Under the pieces are notes generated by a model. The model was not told the DNA's origin and made no database searches. It saw only the letters and a program-made list of their open reading frames with translations. Shown piece after piece: positions 26,160 through 39,622 of a stretch of DNA of 64,000 bases. Source of the stretch: Octopus sinensis. Taxonomy: Eukaryota. The stretch lies in assembly GCF_006345805.1 (NCBI RefSeq), contig NC_043008.1:44640001-44704000 (forward strand). Direction: 5' to 3'. Made by a program: the position numbers and the translations under genes. Numbering within the stretch: the first letter of the stretch is position 1; each line of letters opens with the position of its first letter.

Positions 26160-26324
26160 ATGTCTTGTACAGAATTGGCAACTAAAAAAAGGTTTTATTT
26201 GCCAATTCTGTATGGGACATTGTAGATCTTTAGCTGGGGTAAAAAGTCACATTCGATCACAGCACCAATAACGCTTAAGCTTCATGCAATGGGCATACTC
26301 GATAACGAGGGGGCAGCCATAATA
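26160..26324 (+). mobile_element. RTE-like LINE 3' end with C-terminal C2H2-like zinc finger
   Basis: FICQFCMGHCRSLAGVKSHIRSQHQ* then a short UTR with hairpin ctcg-ataa-cgag and a (TATG)n tail; second copy at 6759; no TGEKP linker. Confidence 0.55.
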
Positions 26325-26640
26325 ATGTATGTATGTATGTATGTATATATGTATGTATGTGTGTATATATGTATGTATATATGCATGTATGTATGTATGC
26401 ATTTATGTATGTATGTATATGTATTATGTATGTATGTATGCGTTTATGTATGTATGTATGTATATGTATGTATGTATGTATATATATATATGTATGTATG
26501 TATGTATGCATTTATGTATATATGTATATGTATGTATGTATATATGTATGTATGTATATATGTATGTATGTATATATGTATGTATGCATGTATGTGTGTG
26601 TGTGTGTGTGTGCATCTATGTATATGTTTGTATGTATGTC
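26325..26640. repeat. (TATG)n array
   Basis: Directly visible. Confidence 0.95.
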
Positions 26641-27079
26641 ATTATTCAGTTTTATTTCAAAATAAAGACCCTGTTTCTAACCTAGATTCAAAGCTCCTTC
26701 ATTGGAAAAGCAAGAACACCAACAGTTTGTTTTTTTATGTATGTATGTATGTATGTATGTATGTATGTATGTATGTATCTATGTATCTATGTATGTATCT
26801 ATGTATCTATGTATATATTATATCTATGTAATATGTATATGTGTATATGTGCCGTTTTGTATGTCTTACATATCTATACACGTTCATATATACTGAAATG
26901 AAAAAATCTTGAAAGATTTACCGATTTTTACAGTTCCAGTGATGGGTTGGATTTGTATGTATGTATATATATATATGTATGTAAGCATGTACATATGCGG
27001 AATTTTTTATGTATGCATAAGTAGATAAATATGTATGTGCATATATGTATAGGCAGATCAATAGACTGACATACATATA

Positions 27080-27571
27080 CAGTAACGTCTCGTCATATTG
27101 CGGCTCACCTATCTCTCCCTTAGTATATTGCGGATTTTTCTGGCTAATATATGTACATAAATATCGCGGATTTCTCAGTTTATCGCGGGTTTCTGCGGCT
27201 GATTTGTATTTATAATTTTTTAGATTTTAATTATTTATGTGGAAGGTTTTGGAACATAACACCCGCGATAATCGAGGGTTTTCTGGCTAATATATGTACC
27301 TTTATATCGCGGGTTTCTCAATACATCGCGGGTTTCTGCGGCCGATTTGTATTTATAATCTTTTAGATTTTAATTATTTCTGTGGAAGGTTTTTGAACAT
27401 AACACCCGCGATATTCGAGGCATTTCTGGCTAATATATGTACATTTATATCGCGAATTTTTCAGTATATCGCAGGTTTCTGCGGCCGATTTGTATTTATA
27501 ATTTTTTAGATTTTAATTATTTGTGTGGAAGGTTTTGGAACCTAACACCCGCGATAGTCCTGGGGTTACAG
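27080..27571. mobile_element. Tigger/pogo-like MITE with internal 143-bp tandem triplication
   Basis: TA-flanked ends cagtaac.../...gttacag; three units with period 143 (paralogous ORFs start at 27151, 27294, 27437). Confidence 0.7.
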
Positions 27572-28712
27572 TACAAGAGTATAGACATTAGCGTACATAC
27601 ACACATATATATATATGTATACAGATATATGCAGAAAGACACGTAAATACTCACAGAAACCTAAATACTTGTAGCTCTTTATATATACATATAAAAATTG
27701 ACATGTATGTTTGTATCAGTCGGAATATGCCTCTCTGTGTGTACATAAATGCATTTATGAAGATAAACGTGTATATGTATGTGGGTGTATACGTATATGT
27801 TTGAGTGTATGTCTAAATATTACGCACAACTATTTCAAACTTACTTCAAGCTATTCTAGTAAATGTAACATTTGACGATGTCATTTGATTTCTGTACAGA
27901 AAATATATTAAAGTGAAAATATTACGGAAAACACAAAAAGAGATGAGAAAATATAATTGAAAAGAATATTTCTCCATTGGATTTTGACATATTGTTGAAG
28001 ATTTCAATAAGTTTATGTTTTTAAGAGTATGATCAATTTTCCGTTAGCCACTTAAGTAGTTGCCTTCTGGAAACGTAAGTATATATTTTCTTTTTCAGTT
28101 ACATTTGAAATTCTCCTTATGTTCAAATATGTATCAAGTTCGTGAATGGTTTCTAATCACTAACGACTGGTATATATTTAAAATGACAGCTGCCAGTGAA
28201 TTATCAATAATTGCAGGTGATAGAACTGATTGCATTATGGGAAAAAGTATGTGAGGGTGTTTAGTATCTGTTAGAGGACACTTTTAATGTAATACCCCGA
28301 GAAGCATCAAAGTGTACTAAAGATGTCTCCTGCATCTGCTAAGTATTTTGATTCTTAACTTCTAAATAGCATCTACACACACACATATGTAGAACCAAAT
28401 ATATTCATACATACGTGTGTGTGTATGTATGTATTGGAATTTGTGTATGTATGTGTGTGTGTGTAATGACTGTTCCGTTATTAGTAGGTACAACAAATAA
28501 GTACTCTACCTAGCAACACTTAAATATCATTAAATATACGCATTATTGAAATACAATCTTCTATGAATTTCATGCTGTGGAAACTCAGTATATCGGCAGA
28601 TTTCATGTTCACATGGTTGGTCTATTTGAAATAATAAATTTTATAAATGAGAAAGGACGCTATGGAGAAAGACGAGAGGAGGATGATGGCAAAAGAACAC
28701 GAAACGAACAAA

Positions 28713-29104
28713 TCTTTCTGTATATAAAGCTGAAGTTGTCTGTGTATAGCAGGTTTGGTAGCTTTCAACTAACACTATCTCCTCCGGACCCTGCGGCTCA
28801 AGTTGACCAAAATTGAGAGCATGATACAAGGAGGCTTGCTCTTCCTTCCGTAGAAGACAAAATTCAAATCGGACCATGTTAACACCAAAAATTATTTACA
28901 TCAAAAAGGTGCTTTTTTTCTATGACACTCCCCATTTTTTACGACTTTTTTACTGCTGTGTCGCCATTTTTCGGTGTATTTCAACCAGAAAAATGTTCAC
29001 TTAAAGAGAATAACAAGCTACATAATGCAACATTTTTACTTTTCGAAAATTCCAATTCTAAAGGGTCGCAAAAAAAACGAGCAACGCCGGGCGATACTGC
29101 TAGT
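28713..29104 (+). mobile_element. Non-autonomous Helitron family H, copy 1
   Basis: 5' tc..tatataaagctgaagttgtc; 3' cgagcaacgccgggcgatactgctagt; four copies in the window. Confidence 0.8.
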
Positions 29105-29164
29105 AAATAGTAAAAGCGAAGTCACAAAAGAAGCTTCATAACTTTAAAAGATCACAAACCTAAT

Positions 29165-29915
29165 TTTTGCAATAAGCCCACCAGTAGACTTTTAAACCCC
29201 TGGAGAAGCGAAATAGTTTTAGTAGCAAGAAATAAGAAAACAAAAACAGACAGAAAGATACTATGAAATATTAAAAGTAGGATGAGGGAAACTATTAAAC
29301 TACAGCAGACGGCAGACAGCACAATTGTTATAAATTGGTCTAAGAATTGAGAGCAAGAAAGTTTACGTAGTTTGGTATTGTAGATAGTTATCCTTCGATA
29401 TCGAAATCATTGCAAGATAAGGTGAATGATTTTGCCAAAGAGCTATGTCAATATTGACCCTATAAACCTGAAATTTATCGTGCCTGACCGAAAATAATCT
29501 TCTAAGAAGCATGGGTTCAGCAAGGGTTAAAACACCTTAAGCATAACCGTTTGATGTATTTAAGGGATTGTATGTCAGTCCTGACATCTGTGGTGATCTT
29601 GTAGGTTTTCATATATTAGATACGCTGAAACAAATGTTCCCATCCAATGATATTGCTGCAAACCGTGACGGTATTCTGGTTATATCGCATGGCTGTGATA
29701 GAAATACGCTTCATAAATTTGTGGAAAAACATCGTATATACCTGTTGCCAATTAGGCCACAAAATTACTGCAACCACTAATCTCTCCAAAGTTGATTTAT
29801 CAAATATGTTATATACTTAAACCCGTGTTTTTATAAACCATGTCATAAACCAAATGAGAAAATCACATATACATAAAAGCCGCCTGTCACCCAATATAGT
29901 GTTTTAAAACCTTAC
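29165..29915 (+). pseudogene. Penelope-like element reverse transcriptase remnant
   Basis: Frameshifted motifs NKPTSRLLNPWRSEI, FGIVDSYPSISKSL, YVSPDICGDLVGFHIL...NRDGILV, LGHKITATTNLSKVD and YKPCHKPNEKI align in order with recalled PLE RT motifs (RLINP.KSE, FDIVEFYPSI, GAEICELVG, YRDDGL, KPN). Confidence 0.8.
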
Positions 29916-29964
29916 AGGAAATATCGGTGTCAGGATGTCTAATCTCTCTTCTTCCAAGCAGTCA

Positions 29965-30064
29965 TCTGCAATAGTAGAATAATACACTTGCCCAAGGTGC
30001 CACGTATTGGGAGATTGATCCAGGACCTATGTGGTTGGTAAGCAAGCTACTTACCACACAGCCC
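29965..30064 (-). mobile_element. SINE family B head fragment
   Basis: cacttgcccaaggtgccacg...gttggtaagcaagctacttaccacacagcc. Confidence 0.8.
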
Positions 30065-30339
30065 TTCGTACAGATTTACTTTATGAAACCGGAGGAACCA
30101 CCTTCAGGTTAAGGATGTATCTTACACGTTTAGGCCCCAGCACCCTCGAATTATTGTACATCTGCTCTAATAATTCTGATTTGAACACCATTCATTTATT
30201 TCTGATTTCGAAGAACAAAGGGAGCGTGACCCTTGTTTCCTTTCTGGGTTTTCGTTCTTTTATTCGCTTTTCTCATTCGATTCCTTTTAAATATTCCAGC
30301 TTAAGTTTGTGTGTTCTCCCTTTTCCTCATTCCACCATT

Positions 30340-31025
30340 TGCTGGTCGTGATGCAATTGTTGTTGGTGTTGTTGTTGTCGATGATTCTGACGATTATTAT
30401 GATGATGAGAGTAAAGCTGTCGATCAAGCATTAACGATGATGGCGGCGACGACGACATGATGACGGCGACAATAATGATGAAGATTAGAATCCTGAAGAT
30501 GATCATAATGGCCACAGTAATCATGCCGGTGGTCATGGCAGTAACGATAAACACGGTCACATGGTGGTGGTGCTGCTGCTGGTGGTGATGGTGGTGGTGG
30601 TGGTGGTGGTGGTGGTGGTGATGGTGATGGTTGTGGTGGTTGTGGTTGTGGTGATACTGGTGGTGGAGGTAGTGATTGTGATGGTCGTGGTGGTGGTGGT
30701 GGTAGTGGTGGTTTTGGTGGTGGTGGTGGTTGTGGCGATGGTGGTGGTTGTGGTGGGGGTGATGGTGGTGGTGGTGGTGATGGTGATGGTTGTCGTGGTA
30801 TTGGTTGTGGTGGTGGTGGTGGTGGTGGTGATGGTGATGGTTGTAGTGGTGGTTGTGATGGTGATGGTTGTGGTGCTAATGGTTGTGGTGGTAGTTGCTG
30901 TGGTGTTCGTGTTAGTGGTTGTGGTGGTGGTGTTGGTGTTGGTGGTGGTGGTAGTGTTGGTTGTGGTGGTGGTGGCGGTGGTGTTGGTGGTGGTGGTTGT
31001 GACGATGGCGATGACAACACAGATG
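30340..31025. repeat. Degenerate (GGT/GTT/GAT)n trinucleotide array
   Basis: Directly visible; gives poly-Val, poly-Pro and Gly-rich frames. Confidence 0.92.
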
Positions 31026-32638
31026 AGGAGGCGGAATATGAGAATAGAAACATACGACCGAACATGAATGATGGAATGTTAAAGGAAGACAGTGACGCTG
31101 TGTTTGTGATGTCAGTCACCGCACAATTCTCAATTGATGGAACGTGAATGCTTCGAGGGGCGTAAAACCAAAACAATGGAGGTTTGAGTAAATAATAAAT
31201 ACAATAAATATATTAAACACATGCTCCAACACACTTAACAAAGAAATGCTCTTTGATCGTTGTCCTTTGCAAAAATAGATTCTAGTATCGAATTACACTT
31301 TTTCTATTGATTATTCTTGGTACAATTATTATTTTTGCGTTAGATGTATTTTTGTTGCATCTATAATGGACTCCGATGTTATTAGGTGATGTGTTTCACC
31401 GGGACAGCAAAAAAATCGGTTGAAATTATATAGGTCATGTTGGAAAAGAGACAGTTAGATAGGTTCTTCTAATGGTAACAATCATTGGACTGCGACACCT
31501 TTAATTAATATTTTGATCGAACGAATTGATACAAGATCTAGATTGTCTTTGATGACGAAGCATCAAGCTACGCGACATAAGCAAACCAGTACCCGTTGAC
31601 AAGCGGCGTCGAAAAACCACAAAGAACACGCAAATAAATGCATATGTACACACACGCCTCCATAATACATGTCTCAGTTGGAGAGAGGTGTCGATGTCAA
31701 CTACTTACTACGTCCCGCGAAATTATTGGTCTTTTTCCAAACTTTGAAATCTATATAACATACTACTGTAGTGTTATATCATCAGGGTGTCAGAAACACT
31801 AATAGTCGGGAACTAACGCTTTCCTTTCGATCCGGATTCACTGGTAAAATCGCTTATATTTTTTTGTAAGAACTGAATGTTAGAGTTGTTAGATTGCTCT
31901 AATGAATTATTTTTTGAATTTGTTTTTCTTTTTAATTCAAGTCTATCCAAGATGACTTTGTTCTGCTAGATTCCATTCTTCTTTGTTTTCACTTTCTGTG
32001 TAAGCCACGCTTCCACCCTGAACGGAATAAGATGTTAGACCTGGAGTATGTCAGCACCCAAATAACTATTCATAAAAGTATCGATATCACTCACCCAACT
32101 TTGATTTTAGTACTACCATTCAAACATTGTTCTGTGAGACTGCTAGTAATAGCAGCTAGTCCAACTTAATTACTTTGATCCAACAACTTAAAAGTACAAT
32201 TGCAGCCTGTGTAATTCTCCAAACAACAACGAAGGAGGGATTAAATATATCGTTTATAATTTTGATCATTAGTCTGTTTGGTAGGGGACAACATGGGGTA
32301 AAAAAAACCCAATTAATTAACTACAGTGGAAACAGTCGAATTAGTTAATCATTTATCTTCGTGTTCGAAATTTTTTGCCTGTCTGAAGACTATGAAAGCG
32401 AAATGTAAGCTATATTACTATATATTTTCAATGCTGCTTCGGTGCAGGTCAGACCTGGTCGAACTGACTTGTGACCAAATAAAACCCACCTGCTGCAAAG
32501 TAAAAGGAAATATATTTAACCAGAAAATCATCAATCAATCTATATTTTCTTCGCTTTCCTTTAAGAGAATATATAAAGTGCAGTCACTTTGGTTATTATT
32601 TCTAGCATAATTTGGATGATCATTACACTAGCCCTCAA

Positions 32639-32675
<37 letters not shown>

Positions 32676-33184
32676 CTATGCGCCATTAGTTTGACTCAGG
32701 TTTTACTAATCTATACTATAGTAATCTATTTATGTAATCATCTTCCTGATTTAATTATATTTCCAATTACCCATATATTTCATATCCATCCCACGTTCAG
32801 GTAATTAGCTTTCAATAATTTCCAGTGGAGATAACTAGTTATACGTTTAAAACCAAGACACTAATTGCGGCAAAATCGTCCAAATAAAATTAGAAATAAA
32901 TATTTTTTCCCCCCTCATTACCATTTTACTGTAACAGGTTTCAATATTCACTTTCAGCGATTGTTTTATTTATGTTTTTTTTCTTCGTGGAAATCTAATA
33001 CTCGTTAATTGGACTTCAGTTTTCCTCAGATGTTTGTGGTGAGGTATAATTGATGATAGGTATGTCTAGTATAGGCAGACAAGTCGCAAAGGGAAAAAAA
33101 ATAAGTCCTCATTTGAACGCTAAAAAACCAAACATATGTGTCTGTGCGCGCATGTGTGAGTGTGTTTGTGTGTTTTCGTCTGTG

Positions 33185-33216
33185 TACATGTATGTCTATA
33201 TCTATATTTATATCTA

Positions 33217-33293
<77 letters not shown>

Positions 33294-33372
33294 GTCTATC
33301 TATCTATCCATCTATCTATCTATCTATCTATCTATTATCTATCTATCTCGATATCTATCTATCTATCAATCT
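33185..33372. repeat. (TATC)n (GATA) microsatellite
   Basis: Directly visible. Confidence 0.95.
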
Positions 33373-33714
33373 ATTTAAAACAGAGGGTTACTTACTTCTA
33401 AACAAATGTGTTAACAAATGACATTATTGACCGAGGTGTGCTTTTCCGTGGGCTTTTCTTTCCACAGATAAACCTTATCTGCTTCCCCATTTACACTTTA
33501 CATCCTGACCTTTCTGTGATACACGATCCCTATTGATCGTTTTTTTGTTGTTTTTTTTCATTTTTTGTGTTTCCATTCCCTTTTGCAATCCCTTTTGATC
33601 GAAAACCTACTCTACATTTTTTCTCCCCAAAAAGAAAAGCTCTACTCTGTAATCTGTCTCGTCTGTGTTCAGCCCTGTGTGACTAATAAAGAGACATATC
33701 TATCTATCTATCTA

Positions 33715-33764
<50 letters not shown>

Positions 33765-33765
<1 letters not shown>

Positions 33766-34236
33766 CAAAATGCGACAAGAACGCAAAACATCCGGACATC
33801 AAGGTGATACATAAAGGGACAGCAAAACATCCAGATAGACGATACAAGGAAAACAAGGACGGGTCATTCGAAGTTTTCTTTCCTCAATCAAGCACCAGAT
33901 TATCCTCGCAATTTTGGCTGATTATTCTTAAGATTTCTCCAATCTGGTCAGCCCCAAGGAAAGTGCATTAGATTTCTTGGAAGAAAGCAGCGAATGTATA
34001 CGAAAACAAGGACGGAAAAAAACGGACAATGTTACACAAATACAATAAAAATAATAACAGGACATAACAACAAGTGTCTTTCGACTACGGATTTAATTAA
34101 GCTGGCGCGTGTGGAAATGAAGCCTTTCGGAATGATACAAAAGTTTCACAAATACAGGAAAGAATATCGATGTTGCACGGACAATGGTCAGACCAAGAAA
34201 GAAAGAACTTGCTTAGCTGAGCGGCGGTCAGGTGGG

Positions 34237-34238
<2 letters not shown>
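33765..34238. repeat. Interspersed repeat between (TA)n tracts, family unassigned
   Basis: Higher-complexity block bounded on both sides by (TA)n; resembles a recalled octopus repeat; no coding motif recognised. Confidence 0.35.
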
Positions 34239-34275
<37 letters not shown>

Positions 34276-34494
34276 CGAATTTGAAATTATAGAATTAAAG
34301 TTCAGAAATTAGGCGTTAAATACTGTATCCAAGATTTATTTCAGGGTAAGTATCTAAGACTTGTTTCAAGGTAAGTCCCAGGTGGAGGATCTGCAGAGCA
34401 CGTTCACCACGTGTGTCAACAAATTGTCATCAGCGCTGTATGAAACCGAAAGGAATGTTGTGCTAATAAATTATTCTTGTTACACTCATACTCC

Positions 34495-34532
<38 letters not shown>

Positions 34533-35468
34533 TTGTCATAATCGAAAAAGAAATGAAATTATATAACTTTCTCAATTATTCTGATTGTTCAACGTTTATT
34601 AATTTCGCACGACAGTATTTAGTGTTTATTCCATTAAAACTTGTTAAAACTTTTATAAATAAATACTTTTAGGATTCTAACTGAATACATGAATTTACAA
34701 AAACAATATTCTTCGCAACAATTAGTTTACACCTCATTGGAAATTGTCATTTGCGTTAGAACTCTTGTTTCAACGTCTTCAATATTTCCCATTGATCTAA
34801 GAAAATCGTTGCTTAATATTCTTCGTTGAAGCTACCATTCCAAGCAATGCCTCACTATAATATGGAAATCGTTAAATAATTATTGTAATAATTATTTAGC
34901 TGGAATTCTTCGTTTAGAATTTACATATCCTCTCGGATGATTAAAAGTAAGTGATATGCAAGCGTAGTAAATATTACACTGTAGAGAAACGTTTAAGTTT
35001 TAAAGTATTCTCTTCAAATTAAGATGCGTATAATTGCTACAATCTACAAATTAAATGAGATAGTCATAAGATTTATATTATTCAATTAACGCTGAAAAGA
35101 TAAAAGGAATTCTTTAGTCGTGAAATTATTGATTTTCACTTAATAGACAATGATTATGCTAATCGATCCATTAGGGAGCGACTACAGTTTACGGATTACA
35201 AACATTGTTAGTGCCGGCAGATCTGAGTGTTGCAAAGTTTAGTAACATGGCTCGTGAAAGATTTATGCGAGGAGGCTTTCCACAATGTTATATATTGTCT
35301 AAATAATATTCCGACATGAAATATAAATGAAATACTTCCTGGTTGTCCTTTGTATATGGGTGGTTATATAAGAACGAATGGCTGGTTTAAGCATCAATTA
35401 TAAACAAATTATGTCTGTTTCAATGCATCGTAACATAAAGGTAATACATATGTAGAGAAAGATGTAGA

Positions 35469-35630
35469 TAGGCGCAGGAGTGGCTGTGAAGTAAGGAGCT
35501 TGCTTCCCAACCACATGGCTCCGGGTTCAATCCCACTACGTGCCATCTTGGGCAAGTGTCTTCTACTATAGCCTCGGGATGACCAAAGCCTTGTGAGTGG
35601 ATTTGGTAGACGAAAACTAAAAGGAGCTTG

Positions 35631-35678
<48 letters not shown>

Positions 35679-35872
35679 TTCTGTGTGTATTTTGTGTATG
35701 TATTATTGTGTCTCTGTTGGTGTTTTTACGTCCCTGGAACTAAGCGATTTGGCAAATAGAATAAGTACTAGGCTTACAAGGAATAAGTCCTGGGATCGAT
35801 TTGTTCGACTGGAGGCGATGCTCCAGCATGGCTGCAGTCAAGTGACTGAAACAAGTAAATGATTAAAAGAAT
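35469..35872 (+). mobile_element. SINE family B
   Basis: ggcgcaggagtggctgtg...ccgggttcaatccc...cttgggcaagtgtc; tail ggcgatgctccagcatggctgcagtcaagtgactgaaacaagtaaa. Confidence 0.9.
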
Positions 35873-36023
35873 ATACGTATACACATCAAAATTTATACAC
35901 TCATACGGACAATCACGCAGTTATAAACAAACACCCACCTTATACAAACACGCGTATACAAAGAGGCAGAGAGAGAGAGGGGGGAATGATAAAGACGTGA
36001 ATATATAGGTAGAAATGTAGATT

Positions 36024-36065
<42 letters not shown>

Positions 36066-37727
36066 TTGAGAAAGACAGTTAATAAACGTTTCTTTATATC
36101 ATTGTCCGTATGTGTGTATGTATGGGGTGGATATGTATCTGCTTATTTCTATACATATATAAACATATTTACTGTAATATATATGTGGAAACACATATAC
36201 ATATACACATGTAGACATGTGTAACCATAAGCACACACGCATACAATCACATATATATATATATATCTTTATAAATACATATACACTCGCATTTATACGT
36301 ATGTATGTACGTCTGCTTGTACGGATGTTCGTATGTTAGCATTCGAAAATAAAACCTATTGCTTACTGCCGTATTCTCAATCTTTCCCACGCTCTTATTT
36401 GAGAATTGACAATTGCGAATATCATTTAACCATCGTGTAACATTTAAAATGCTCAATATCTGTTATTTCAGTGTCATAATGTGTTCACTATCAGTCATTG
36501 ATCGAAATTCTTCAAGAAAACGATATTCTGAGAGTATTTCGCAAAAACACAAAAATAACGTGAAAATCGTAATCACAAGGATGATGCGGTGCTGTGTATC
36601 TTCCATCTGCTATATTCGATGCAACGTAGATTTTGTATATTAGCATGTTTTCGCAGGAACATCTAAATTCAAGAGACTCTAACTAGAATTTTTTTTTCCG
36701 AATTCTTTGAATGACGTATCTTAGTCGCATTTACGTCTTTCTTTAAAATAGATTTCCAGAATCGGCCAAACATTTAGTGGTGCAGTTGATTGCTGGAAAC
36801 AGCGAAGTAAGGACAACACACATATTTCTCTTCTCTCGTACATTAATATATTACCCTCTAAAAACTTAAGGGTCGATTTAGCCTTCAATAGATTCAAACG
36901 CTCAATTGATTCCTGCGTGTTTCTGTGAGTGTGTGTACGCGCATAACAAGAGAAACATATTTAAATGCTATAAAGACTCACAATGGATTTAGTTTTAAAA
37001 CTATAGAAATATATTTTCTGTGGTCTCATGCAGAAGAAAATGAAGGATGCTTCTCGACTGATCGTTTCAAGATTTGCTGACTGCTCCATAAATGTGTGTG
37101 TCTGTGTGTGTGTATGTGTGTGTGTGTTTGTGTATGTGTGTGTATGTATGTGTTTGTGTGTGTGTGTCCGCGTGTGTGTGTGTGGTGTGTGTGTGTGTGT
37201 GCATGCCAACATGAGATTTTAATGTAATTATGCTTTTCCCTCTGATATAATACAATGTGAAGAAAAGACTCAATAAATATTGCATGAAATCCTACGGAAA
37301 TAAACGTTTTCCGTTTCATAACATAAATAATCTCAACCGCTCATTATTCTAATTCTATGAAATCAAGAAACAGCGTTGCTTTACAATTTTCACATTTGTA
37401 TTTTATAAAAAAAACTGTAACACTGATTCACTTGCAATTAAGGAAGCGTAAAGAATGTTTTTTCTTTCCCATAGTACTTGAGAAAGTGACGCTTCTTGAT
37501 TCAGTAATATTTATTGTAAGCAGAGTTGCACAAAGTTGCAAAACCCAAGAACTTTCCTAATGGTATTCTATTGTTAATCTGAAGTTCAAATTTATCCTCC
37601 ATCATTGATAATTGTCATTTACTTTTTACTAACCTGTAAATCATGTTAAAAATTTTTATTGATGAATTCAATGACTACAACCTGAATTTCATCATATAAT
37701 TGTACTATCGCTTTCTTTTTAACCATT

Positions 37728-38185
37728 TACTAGCAGTATCGCCCGTTGTTGCTCGGGTTTGTTTCGACCCTTTATAATTGGAATTGTTGAAAAGTAAAAC
37801 TTTTGCATTATGTAGCTTGTTATTCTCTTTAAGTGAACATTTTTCTGGTTGAAATACGCCGATAAATGGCGACGCAGCAGTCAAAAAATCAAAAAATAGG
37901 GGTTTTCATAGAAAAAAAACGCCTTTTTGATGTTAATAATTTTTGGTCTTAACAAGGTCCGATTTGAAACACATATACATATACACATGTAGACATGTGT
38001 AACCATAAGCACACACGCATACAATCACATATATATATATATATCTTTACAAAACGAAGAGCAGGCCTTCTTCTATCATACTTTCAATTTTGGTCAACTT
38101 ACGCCGCAGGGTCTCGGAGCAGATAGTGGTAGTTGAAGGCTACCAAACCTGCTATACACAGGCAACTTTAGCTTATATATAGAGA
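37728..38185 (-). mobile_element. Helitron family H, copy 2 (with 84-bp foreign insertion)
   Basis: Starts actagcagtatcgcccg (reverse complement of the 3' end); 37966-38049 is identical to 36188-36271. Confidence 0.82.
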
Positions 38186-39067
38186 GAGGTTCTATTTTCA
38201 TTTGTAAGAATATCTGATCCATGTTATTCTTTCATTCGTATGTTTGTTCTTCTTTTATTATTTTTCTAGGCGAATTTTACTTTGCTGAATAATTTTCTCG
38301 AATCGAAATGAACGGATTGTAAATAAACACTTGTCAAGTTCCGAAATAATACGTAGCGTTTTCCTATCCTTAATAATACTACTACGGTTTCCATAAGTGG
38401 GCCCTCGTCTTGGAGTGGAATCTGAGGCACAAAGCTGAAACCCACAAATTAATTTGGTGGAAACAATGACGAATGTTTTTGACAGTAATGTCCATAATAT
38501 ATTTTCCTTCTCCGGAAGAGCCGTAAAGGGAGAAAACTAAATTCCCAATCAACATTATTATCGATAAATTTCATTTTATTTCATGCATAGATTTCCTTAA
38601 GTAGGAAATAATTTTTTCAATTGTGGTGATGTTTATTAGTAATTCCAAATAATACAAAGCATACATACACACACATACATTCACAAACACATACACACGT
38701 ATATGCAAACACATATTTGTTTATGTATATTTTGAAATGTTTGCTGAGGAGGATTTAACATAATGAATATCATACGCAACAACTGGAAACACATATAGTA
38801 AATGCATTCAATTTATGAAGATACATGCATGGGGTATTGTTTAGATATTCGTATTTGATTTTCTTCGATAATAAAAACGTAACCAGTATTTTATTTAAGA
38901 TCAGGAATAATACCGGTAGGAATCGAACAAATCTGGTAAACGGTATTGCGCAATTGCACCCCCCCCCCATATGCGCGTGTCAGTGTGTATAAACATATAC
39001 CTACCTACATACCTACCTACCTACCAACCTACCTACCTGCATACATACATAGCTACATAATAAATAA

Positions 39068-39432
<365 letters not shown>

Positions 39433-39475
39433 GAAATATATATATTATATATATACATGTGCGTATGTATATATA

Positions 39476-39547
<72 letters not shown>

Positions 39548-39572
39548 CTATATATTTATATGTATATTTGTA

Positions 39573-39622
<50 letters not shown>

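Noticed and set aside
30424-31176. 250-aa proline-rich (extensin/formin-like) ORF on the minus strand
   Set aside because: Reverse complement of a degenerate (GGT)n array; several frames are open, as expected for triplet repeats.
33860-33900. Hammerhead-like UUGAGGA...GAAU on the minus strand
   Set aside because: Core deviates at several positions and no stem I pairing was found.
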